In this document: positions 29,080 to 38,644 of the stretch, piece after piece
Layout: every line of letters starts with the position of its first letter
Numbering within the stretch: the first letter of the stretch is position 1
Assembly (NCBI GenBank): GCA_013416795.1
Contig: RQSC01000029.1
Coordinates: 79,420 to 119,223 of the forward strand
Source of the DNA: Prasinococcaceae sp. CCMP 1430
Lineage: Eukaryota > Plantae > Prasinodermophyta
Reading direction: 5' to 3'
DNA length: 39,804 nt
The notes under the pieces: model-generated
What the model saw: only the letters and a program-made list of their open reading frames with translations
Databases searched by the model: none
What the model was told of the DNA's origin: nothing
Made by a program: the position numbers and the translations under genes

Positions 29080-31070
29080 CTAAGGGTTGTTGAAGAACGG
29101 CAGCGACGACAGCATCCTTGTGCTGAGCTCGCGCTCGGGGTCTTCCTGGTCGCGATAGACAACCAGGTCATCGAGCGCGCGCTGCACGGTAGAACGCACT
29201 TCGTCGTACGCACCCTGCGAGGCGCCGCTGCCCTTGCTGACATCAATCCCTCGTAGGTCGATGGGCGCTTCGAATTTGAAGTAGATGCGCTCCACCGACG
29301 AAGGCAGAGGCACAGGCGAAGGCAGGCCCGTGTTCCCTAGCTGTGTGACTGGATAGACTGTGTCTTCCGGCTATTTGTGGGACAAGAAGGGGTCAGCACG
29401 GCGCGCATGTGCGAGCAGCGCGCGAAGGCGGCCCTGGTGGCGAGTGGCCCGCACCTGTAGGCTCGAGTCCACCATTTTCACTGACTCCCGGATGGCGTCC
29501 CCGACAACCGGCAGGGCCAGCAACTCGTCTGTGTCTGTGTGCCATTTGAACGCGTCGTCTGCGCCCACCGAGGCAAAGGGAACAATCAGCGCGTCGGTCT
29601 TGGCCGCGAGGCGTACGAAGTCGACCTCAGATTTCCAGATGACCTTGTTTTGCTGGCCATCGCGCTTGAGCACTTCCTGCGCCCCCCCAGGAAAGAGCAA
29701 GACGTTCTCGCCACGCGTGAGCAGCTCGAAGACGGACATAGGCGTCACCTGAACGGCACCGAAGCGCTCGAAGATGGGACCCATCGGATTGCCGCTCGCG
29801 TAGTGCGATCGATGCGCCAGACCGCGCGCAGAAAATCCAAGCTCGTGAAGCTCAAGTAGGAGCAGAGGAAGGTCGTAGAGCCCCATGCGGCCATGGTTGC
29901 CGACGAAGAGCACCGCACGGCCGTCACGCTGTCCCGGCGAGGGCAGATTCTCCGCGCCGAGCACTAAAGGGGCTGTTGCCGCCTTCCAGGGCGTCATGAG
30001 CGTCGCGAGCATCTTGTAATCATCGTCCGTCGGAGCGGGCGGGATGCGCGAGCTGGGCCTGTTTCCGCGCCTCGCTCGCGTGCTCCCACCCCGCTCGCGA
30101 CCTGCGTCATCAAAGGCCGCGACTGCATTGCTCCTGCCCGCGCCATCGCCGCCTTTGGCGCGGGCGTTTCCGTCCTCGGTGCCACGGCGCGCGTGCACGG
30201 GTGCTGCGGGCACATCCACGCCATTGTCGGCCATAAGCGCTGGCAGATCGATGCCACGCTCGAGCAGCGCCACGTGGCCGCTGTCCGGCAAAACCACCGT
30301 CGTTGCGTCTCGGAGCAGCGCCTGCAAGCGCCTGCCCTCGGCGACGGAGTCGAGCACCCGGTCTTTGGCAGAACTTATCACCAGCACCTTCTGGTGAACG
30401 CGCCGCAGCGTCGAGTCGCTGAGCCTGCCCGAATCAGCCGCAAGTTGCGACAACCGGAAGGTGACCGTGTCGGCAGGGACAACGTCCGCACCACCCGACA
30501 CTACCTTGGGATCGACGCGCCCCTCCTCCAGCATGAGCGGCCACACAGTCCCTCGCGCCCACGAGATGAGCTCAGTTGGCACGAGCGGCAGCAGCTGAAA
30601 TAGACCCGCTGCGCTCGCAGTGCCGACCAGCATGTTGCTCTCGGACAGATTGGTAGCAGGATTGCAGAGCACGAGCCGCGAGACCGCGCTTCCAGTGTGC
30701 GCAGAGCCGGCCAGGCGCAGCGCCGTCGGCGCGCCGAAAGACTCGGCGACGAGCGTGACGCCCGTGCCGTGGCGCTCGGCCACGCGCGCCACGAGCGGGG
30801 CCAGCGCCTCCGCGAGCGCGTCCAGCGGCCGCCGGTCGGACGCTGGGAGCTTCAGGCACCAAACCTCGTAGCCACGCGTCGCCAGCAAGTCCGCCTGCGC
30901 GCTGAAGGTGTAGCCAATCCCGTCCATGCCCGGCAGGTATAGAAGCGGCGCGCCGTTGCCCTCGCCGGCGACGCACGACACAGATGCCCCCATCGGCTCC
31001 ACGATTGCCTCTGCGGAGGCACTGCTCGCGGACGCGCACCCGGATGCGCGCCTGCGCGCACGCCGCCGCT
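29080..31070 (-). CDS. Phytyl ester synthase / ELT-type acyltransferase (alpha/beta-hydrolase + DAGAT domain). Intron 29454-29371; 5' end unresolved.
   Basis: LLYLPGMDG, nucleophile elbow AESFG, SGHVALLE, acyltransferase VLFVGNH..GLYD, LFPGGAQE, IVPFASVGADD and ERIYFKF. Confidence 0.85.
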
Positions 31071-31075
31071 CGTAG

Positions 31076-31535
31076 AAGGGCGCGCTTGAGGAGGAGAACA
31101 AGAGCTTGGTGGAGCGCCTGCGCTCGGTGCGCGCCGAGTCGCGCGCTGAGCGCGAGACAGAGATGGCGCGTCAGAAGGCCGTCGCCGCGGCTGATCGCGA
31201 TCGTCTGGAGCGCCAGCTGCAGGCTGCGATGGAGGGCCAGGCTGTGGCTGAGCAGGCGTGTCTGCGCGCGAAGCGCGAGGCTGCCTCGGCGGCCGCCGAT
31301 GCGCGTGCTGCGCGTGAGGCAGCGCTCTCGCAGTTCGGTGGCCAGGCGCTCGCCGCCGCGACTGGCACTGCAGCCGCCGTGGCCGCTGGCGCCCCCGTGG
31401 CGGACGCCGAGGGCGCTGCTGCCGCCGCTTCGGCGCTCTCGCCCCTGCAGTTGGTGGCGCAGCTCGAGAACGCGGAACGCGCCCGCCAGGAGTCCGAAGA
31501 GCGCGCGGCGTCGGAACAGCGCAGCGCCGAGCGCG
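31076..31535 (+). CDS. Orphan coiled-coil exon fragment, cut off at N 31536
   Basis: Begins after a possible acceptor (CGTAG) and encodes E/R/A-rich heptads (LEEENKSLVERL..LQLVAQLENAERARQE). No start or stop is visible. Confidence 0.5.
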
Positions 31536-31578
31536 NCGCGGGCGCGCCGTCGCCGCGCGCCGCGCGCGCCGCGCCGCC

Positions 31579-32238
31579 ATGGGCACCACCGCCTCGCGCG
31601 CGCTTTTCTCGCCGCCAAACGTCAAGACCTCGACGGAGACCCTCGCGGACTTCAAGGCTAAGGACATCGACGGCAACGAGGTCGAGCTGTCCAAGTACAA
31701 GGGCAACGTCGTGCTCATGGTCAACGTCGCATCGGCGTGAGGTCTGACCGCCCAGAATTACAAGGAGATGGCCCAGCTGTACTCGAAGTACAAGGGTCAG
31801 AACTTTGAGATTCTGGTGCGTCAGCGTTTGCGCGCTCGTTCGTGCGCGCACCCCACGGTCAGACGCGCACGCTCGCGCCTCGCGTTGCTCTTTGGCTGAC
31901 TTGCAGACATACGCGATGGCGCGCACGCGCGCGCACGCCTGCAGGCATTCCCGTGCAACCAGTTCGGTGGCCAGGAGCCCGGCTCCAACGCGGACGTCAA
32001 GGCGTTCGCTCAGAGCAAGGGCGCCGAGTACCCCCTGTTTGCCAAGATCGACGTCAACGGCCCCGACGCCCACCCGCTCTGGAAGTGGGCCAAGGAGTGC
32101 AAGGGCTCCCTGCCCACCTCGGACATTAAGTGGAACTTCGGCAAGTTCCTTCTCGACAAGGACGGCAAAGTGTACGAGCGCTACGCGCCGACCTCGAGCC
32201 CCATGTCCATCGAGGGCGACATCAAGAAGCTGCTCTAA
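31579..32238 (+). CDS. GPX: Selenocysteine-containing glutathione peroxidase (PHGPx/GPX4-like). Exons 31579-31815 and 31945-32238; Sec codon TGA at 31738-31740.
   Basis: [19 protein letters not shown] puts TGA exactly at the NVASxC/UG catalytic site. The frame continues to EIL|[19 protein letters not shown] and IKWNFGKFL, ending at TAA. The default ORF track misses this gene. Confidence 0.95.
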
Positions 32239-32309
32239 ATTGAGCCCGCCCCGAGGGCCGCGCTCGCGCCGCCGGGAACGCTCGTGAGCTGCTCGTGCGA
32301 GAGGATTGA

Positions 32310-32366
32310 GTACCCCATGACGCCACCGACGCAAACCTTTCTGCCGTCGCGCAGGCTGATATGTAC
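32310..32366 (+). promoter_or_regulatory. Eukaryotic SECIS element in the GPX 3' UTR
   Basis: ATGA (32317-32320), a 12-nt helix arm CGCCACCGACGC, apical AAA (32333-32335), 3' arm CGTCG..GGC, and TGAT (32357-32360). GTAC/GTAC forms the lower stem. Confidence 0.85.
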
Positions 32367-32572
32367 GCTTGAAGTACTGGCACCCACCTCGCGCTCGCGC
32401 TCTCAGGGAGCTCCGCCGCCGCAGCGCAGCCCGCTAAAAACGCACTGCGCGCCATGATGGAGAGGGCGCACCAAAGAACGCGCTACTATAAACCTGGGCC
32501 TGTGCGCGGCTGCGCACGCGTCCAATTATAAAAGTCAGTGACTGTGAAGTCCTAGCGCACGCCGCGCCGCGC

Positions 32573-34125
32573 TCACTGGAAGCAAAGCCTGGGCGAGTCT
32601 TCCTGTCTCCGTGTGAGGACCTCGGCGCCCTGCTCGGTGAGGAGCAGCGTGTGCTCGAATTGCGCCGAGCGCTTGCCGTCGGTGGTGACCGCCGTCCACC
32701 CATCGGGCCACAGGACATCCTTCCACTTCCCCGCATTCAGCATCGGCTCGATGGTGAAGCACTGACCCGCCTTCATCGTGCCGCGCGCCTTGTTGTTGGC
32801 GTAGTGCGGGATGTTGGGCGCACAGTGGAACAGCTCGCCTATGCCGTGGCCGCAGAAAGACTTGACCACCGACAGGCCCTCGGCGTGCGCGTGCTGCGTG
32901 ATGACGTCACCGATGTGTGAGAATGGTACGCCGGGCTTGCAAATGGCGATGCCCTGAACGGCGCGGAGCGCGGCGCGGAGCGGGTCAGCGCGCTTTTGGG
33001 GCGCCCTGGGCGCGAGCTCGGAGCGGCAGAGGGAGCAGCGCGCACGTCGGCAGCGGCCGGCGCGGGCAGCGAGCTTGCGTGCCCCCTCACCTTGTGCAGA
33101 CACTCGTGCGTGACGCGGATGAGCTTTTTCAACTCCGGCGCGGGTTTGCCGACCACGAACGTCTCGTTGAGGTCGCCGTGGAAGCCGTCCTTGATGACCG
33201 TCACGTCAACGTTGACGGCGTCGCCCTCCTTGAGCTCGCGCTTGTCCGGAATTCCGTGGCAGATGACCTCATTCACACTGGTGCACACAGACTTCGGGAA
33301 ATCGAAGTAGCGCAGCGGCGCGGGGTACGCGCCGGCCTCCACGCAGGCCTCATGCACCACGCGGTCGATCTCGTCCGTGGTGGCGCCCGGGCGCACGGCG
33401 CGGTGCGCGGCGTCGAGCACTTCGCGCCCCAGGCGGCCCGCGGCGCGCATGCCCTCGATCTGCGCCGCGTTCAGGATGGGCGGCGTGCGTTGGTAGGGCG
33501 AGGCTTGCTCCTCCTCCGGGTAGCCAGTGTCGGCGTAGTCGGGCCGCGGGATGGACGCGGGCACGGGGCGGTACGGCGAGATGGGCGCCGGCCGCAGCTT
33601 GCCCGTCCAGTGGAAGGTCGGGATGCGCTCGGCGCGGTCCGCGCCGCTCTTGATGCAGTAGCCCCACTCGCCGTCGGCTGGGGCGGCGTACGAGGCGTTC
33701 GCGCTCGCGCGGCTGGCCAGCAGCAGGCCCTCGCACGCCACGCACGCCACGTACGTCTTTGCGGGCGCCGTCGCGCCCGGGGCCATCGCCTCGGCCGCCT
33801 TGGCGACGTCGTCCGCCCCAGCGTCCGCGGCGGCCTCGGCGGCCCACGAGCGCAGCTCGTCGGCGGAGAACGCGACCTCCGTGCGCATCATTAGCGGGCG
33901 CCAGCGACTGCCGCTGTCCGCCGACGCCGTCGCCGCCGCCACCTTGGCCATCGTCGCGAGCTCCTTGGCGTTCCTGAACGCGATGCACGCCGCCACGTAG
34001 CCGCCGCCCGCGCCGACGGCCGCGCCGCCCCGCGGCCGCGCCTTCACGTCGAGCGCCATGTACTTGAAGAGCGGGTCCGCAGTCACCGCGTCGAGCAGCG
34101 CGCCCGCATCCTCCTCCAGCCCCAT
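32573..34125 (-). CDS. MAP1: Methionine aminopeptidase 1 (cytosolic MAP1A-like catalytic domain, atypical N-terminus). Intron 33090-32954.
   Basis: [55 protein letters not shown] and SAQFEHTLL, with the linker [17 protein letters not shown] typical of plant MAP1A. Confidence 0.93.
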
Positions 34126-34978
34126 CGCGGCCCGCGCCCTCCCTGCCGCCCGCAGCGCCCCGCGGGACCGCGCTGGCGCCCCTGCCGATCCCGCCCCGCC
34201 CGCGCCGGCCGGCGGCTGCGCACCGCTTTGCCGGGGCGATGCCGCGCACCGACGAGAGAGCGCCGCCCGCATGCATGCGTGCATGCGCACGTACGTATCC
34301 ATCAATCGACGCCTTCGCAGTCACCGGATCGCATCCACTACGGTCGGCTCGCACGTCTCGCCGCGCCTTGCGTGCGCGTGGGCGGCGATTCCACTCAGGT
34401 CGCGGCGTCGCACGCGGCGTGCAGCTGGCAGTTCCGGGGGCCTCTGACCGGTCCACAGATCGAAACTTTTCCTGCCGGGCGCCCACCGTCCGTCCGTCTG
34501 TCTCGCCTCTGTGCTGGCCGGCTGACCATGGATGGATGGATGGTGGTATGAATTCGGTGCCTTGATTTGATTGGGGTGATGCCGCGCGCGACGACGCGGG
34601 CCGCGCGGCGCTCGCGCCATGCTGACTGGCTGACTCATAGCGGCAACAAGCGGACGCGACCGTCTCCGCCCGCGGGGCGCGTGATGATGATGATGAGACC
34701 GATCGAATGATGAGAGGATGGAAGCGCGATTTGGATCCCTCGGATGGGGATCGATCTGCCGAGGATCTGCGGGCTTGCTCGCCCAACACCCAAACCCCAG
34801 CGCCTGTGATTACCCCCAACACACCAAGCAAACCCAGGTCGAAGAGGTCGTTTGTGGAGCATTCAGACGTGCACACCCGGATATATGAGACCCTGTGAAG
34901 GTCATCCCCTAATAACTAAATGGGAGCGCGCCCGGGCCTGCGGATTCGGGTGCGCGCGCGGGCGCGCGCGGGCGCGCG

Positions 34979-35501
34979 NNNNNNNNNNNNNNNNNNNNNN
35001 NNNNNNNNNNNNNNNNNNNNNNNNNNNNNNNNNNNNNNNNNNNNNNNNNNNNNNNNNNNNNNNNNNNNNNNNNNNNNNNNNNNNNNNNNNNNNNNNNNNN
35101 NNNNNNNNNNNNNNNNNNNNNNNNNNNNNNNNNNNNNNNNNNNNNNNNNNNNNNNNNNNNNNNNNNNNNNNNNNNNNNNNNNNNNNNNNNNNNNNNNNNN
35201 NNNNNNNNNNNNNNNNNNNNNNNNNNNNNNNNNNNNNNNNNNNNNNNNNNNNNNNNNNNNNNNNNNNNNNNNNNNNNNNNNNNNNNNNNNNNNNNNNNNN
35301 NNNNNNNNNNNNNNNNNNNNNNNNNNNNNNNNNNNNNNNNNNNNNNNNNNNNNNNNNNNNNNNNNNNNNNNNNNNNNNNNNNNNNNNNNNNNNNNNNNNN
35401 NNNNNNNNNNNNNNNNNNNNNNNNNNNNNNNNNNNNNNNNNNNNNNNNNNNNNNNNNNNNNNNNNNNNNNNNNNNNNNNNNNNNNNNNNNNNNNNNNNNN
35501 N
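34979..35501. other. Assembly gap (523 N)
   Basis: Run of N; it hides the 5' end of the ATG18/BCAS3-like gene. Confidence 0.98.
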
Positions 35502-35502
35502 C

Positions 35503-36876
35503 GCCGGCACGCCGCTCGCGACTGAGCTGTGCTCGCGACGCGACGGCGCCGCCGCCGTGGCGCTGGAGGCGCTGCCGAGGCCCGTCGGCGGAGGCGGCGG
35601 GCGCGGGCCGTTCGACTGCATGCGTCCCCTGCTCGCGGTCGCGGAGGAGGCGGAGGCGACGGGCGACGCCGAGGCGGCGCACGACGCGGCGCCGAGGCAC
35701 AGGGTGAGGATATACTCGCTGCTGACCCACGAGTACGTGCAAGAGCTGCGCCTGCGTTCGCCGCCGCTGGCCGTGGCAGCGTCTCCCCGCGTGCTCGCTG
35801 TGGCGACCAACGGCCACGTCCACGTGTACAATGCGGGCGCCCTGGACTTGGCGTTCACCACGACCGCGTACTCGCCGCCGTTCCGCGCGGCGGGGCTGCA
35901 CGACGCGGCCCCCGTCGCCCTGGGCTCGCGCTGGCTGGCGTATGCGAGCGCGCAGCCGTCCGCGCAGGTGCTCTCGAGCAAGGCCGGCGGGGGTGCGCCG
36001 GCCGCTGGCCCTGCTGGTCGCCACGCCGAGGCCGGGGCGCCGGAGGTCGCAGCGGGGGGCACGGCCGCGGTCGCGGCCCACTACGCGAAGCGCGGTGGGC
36101 GCCAGGTGGCGGCGGGGGTCGCCGCGGGCTTCCGCATGCTGTCCTCGGTGTACGGCGCGACGGCGCACGCGCAGGCGGCGGCCGAAGCCCAGCAGGCTCA
36201 GCAGCAGCAGGTGCAGCAGCAGGCGGGGGTAGGCGCGAGCGGCAGCGCCCCGACCTCGGCCGAGCGCGACGCGGTGGACCTCGCCTCGGGGACCGTCGCC
36301 GTCCGGGACGTCGTCTCGAGGGAAATCATCGCGTGCTTCCGCGCGCACGAGAGCCCCCTGGCGGCGCTGTCCTTCGACGCGAGCGGCTTGCTGGTGGCCA
36401 CGGCGTCCGTCAAGGGGCACAACATCAACGTCTTCGCGCTGCGCCCGACCCTGGCGTCGTCCCTCGGCGCGGCGGACCGCGCCGGCTCGGCCGCCCACCG
36501 CGACGCCCACGTGCACCTCTACAAGCTGCACCGCGGCGTGACCGACGCTCGGCTGACGTGCCTCGCCTTCGACGCGCGCGCGATGTGGCTCGCGGCGTGC
36601 TCGTCTGCGGGCACCACGCACATGTTCGCCATCCGCCCCGAGGGCGGCCCCGTGGGGACGGAGACGCACGCCACGCCCGCGCACCAGCCCATCGGCAGCT
36701 CCCAGCGCGCCAGCGCGCCGATGCGGGTGTGCGGGCGCACGGGCGGCGACGGCGCCGGCGCCACGCCGCCGGTGCAGTCGATCATGGCGGTCGACCGCGT
36801 GCGGCCGGAGGGCAGCGCGCTGTCGAACGCGGCGGGGAAGGCCGCGACTGCGCTGGCGTCGGCGGCGAAGGCCGCC
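35503..36876 (+). CDS. ATG18f/g/h / BCAS3-like WD40 protein, internal fragment
   Basis: VRIYSLLTHEYV, PVALGSRWLAYA, FRAHESPLAALSFDASGLLVATASVKGHNINVF, LYKLHRGVT and SAGTTHMFAI.P.GG. Truncated by the gap on the left and N 36877 on the right. Confidence 0.85.
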
Positions 36877-36878
36877 NG

Positions 36879-37391
36879 CGACCCTTTGCGGAGCTCGTGG
36901 CACGCGCCAAGGGCAAGGAATACCAAGCCATGCACCCTGCCAAAATGACCTTCCAGGCGCTTCGCATCCATCTCAACCAGGAATTCGAGGAGATGACACG
37001 CGGCATGTGTGGCGCGCTCGAGCTGCTCAAGCATGGTGGCAGGTTGGGTTTGCTCACGTGGAAGTATTCCGAGTGCCAGCTCGTGATGGACTTCTACAGG
37101 GAACACGAGGAGGCGCGCGACACAGCCGACATCGTGCGCTATATCCGCGAGAGCCAACCAGATGCGTACGAGGCCTTGCGCGTGCAGCCTGCGATGAGCA
37201 TGGACGATGTGCGACGCCCGTCACAGCGCGAGATACAGGAGAACTCGCGCTCGCGCTCGGCGCTTTTGCATGTGTTGCGCAAGACAACGCGGGGCATGCG
37301 TTTGCACGACGTCGAGGTCGAGGCGTACAAATTGCTCGGCTGGGGTGCCCCGCCGCCTCTCACACCACCGCCAGCGCCGAGGCCTTGGTGA
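36879..37391 (+). CDS. rsmH: C-terminal fragment of an RsmH/MraW (METTL15)-like rRNA m4C methyltransferase
   Basis: HPAKMTFQALRIHLNQE, GGRLGLLTW and RPSQREIQENSRSRSALLHVLRK correspond to HPATRxFQALRI.VN.E, GGRL and EI..NPRSRSAKLR. The N-terminal part is missing at N 36877. Confidence 0.78.
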   Translation, partial: RPFAELVARAKGKEYQAMHPAKMTFQALRIHLNQEFEEMTRGMCGALELLKHGGRLGLLTWKYSECQLVMDFYREHEEARDTADIVRYIRESQPDAYEALRVQPAMSMDDVRRPSQREIQENSRSRSALLHVLRKTTRGMRLHDVEVEAYKLLGWGAPPPLTPPPAPRPW

Positions 37392-37478
37392 CGTGCACGA
37401 GCCCATAGCGATCAGCGCCGAGAACCCTACTCCCGGCACCTGCACCGTGACCAATTAATATACGGGGAATATAATATG

Positions 37479-38644
37479 TCAACGCTTTGCAGCCTCGGCG
37501 CCCTCGGGCTTCCTCGCCGTCTGCGCCTTCTTAAGCGTCATTTGTGCGGCAGCAATGGCGTGCTGCGCATCCTCAACGGCCTGCGTCGTCCTCTCCTCCT
37601 CTGAGGCGGAGGCGGTTTCAACGCCGAGCATCGCCACCTTCGCCCGTAGCGCGCCGAGCGCGCGCTCCTCTTCGGCTTTATGAGACGCGCTGGGTAAGCG
37701 CTGAGCGAGCTCTGCCGTCTGCTCGCGCTGCTCGCGGAGCTCCTCACGCATCGCCGCAAGGCCCTCATGCAATTCGCTGGTGACGCTTGCAAACGCGCTC
37801 GCAGCGGGCGTCACAACGGCGGTAGACATCAGAGCAGGCGTTGCGGTTGTGTGAGGTGGCGTCGGCGTCTCGGGTGCACCGAAGAGCGCACGCGGGCGAA
37901 TGGGGCCAGTCAGCGGCGCGGTGCCCGGGACAGTGGGCATACCCGTGCTCATCTGCGCGCGAGAATGCACCTGCGTGCGCTGCGATGGATGCATCCGCGT
38001 GGGTGTGGTCGACTTGGGAGCCACGCCACGCTCGCGCAGCTGGGCCTCGGCGACACGCAGACGTTCCATCGCCGTAACAGCACTCTCCGCCGCAACCTGG
38101 AGAGCGGCCTCCTCCGATGCCAGCCGCTGCTCCAACATGCGTTGATGCTCTTCCTTGAACTCGCGCAGAGACACTACCTCCTTTCTTAGCGCCTCAACCT
38201 CCTCGTTGGCCGTGGCGGCGTTTGCGTCGCTCTTCCCGACGCTGGCCCCTGCCGCTTTCTTGCGAGCGTGCGCGGCAGCCTCACTCTGCTTGGCTTCCTC
38301 GCACTTCGCCTTCGCGTCGGCTACAGCGAGCGCCAAGCGCTCATCAGCAGCTGCCAGCTCAGTGCGTAGGCACTCAACTTCAGCACGCATATCGGCCGTC
38401 GCCTCGCGGACTCGCAGAGCGGTGGATTCGCGCTCGCGCGTGAGCTTGGCCATCCAGGCAGCATCCGAGGCCGCGGCGGCATCAGCGGCCGCTGTCGCAG
38501 CTTCTTCGGCGGCGCGCCGTGCTATCTCGCCCACTGTCGCTGCCTGCTCCTCTTTGAGAATATACAACTCGGCACGCATCTGTGCGCCGGAATGACGCGC
38601 ATTTGAGGCCTCCTCAAGAGCCTGATTGCGGTCCGAGAGGGCAG
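37479..38644 (-). CDS. Coiled-coil protein of unknown function (last exon; upstream exons unresolved)
   Basis: Long E/A/R/K-rich heptad stretches around a Pro/Thr-rich linker, with a candidate acceptor CCGCAG at 38645 and a stop at 37479-37481. Confidence 0.6.

Noticed and set aside
31076-32238. Apparent coiled-coil-GPX fusion
   Set aside because: The parts meet at N 31536 in different frames, and GPX has its own ATG and leader.
29080-32238. PES and GPX adjacency as a lipid-protection gene cluster
   Set aside because: An orphan exon and a hidden gap at N 31536 separate them, so the adjacency may not be real.
35503-37391. Apparent ATG18/BCAS3-RsmH fusion protein
   Set aside because: The two parts are in different frames and meet exactly at N 36877, and both are truncated. 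This is most likely a hidden gap or misjoin.
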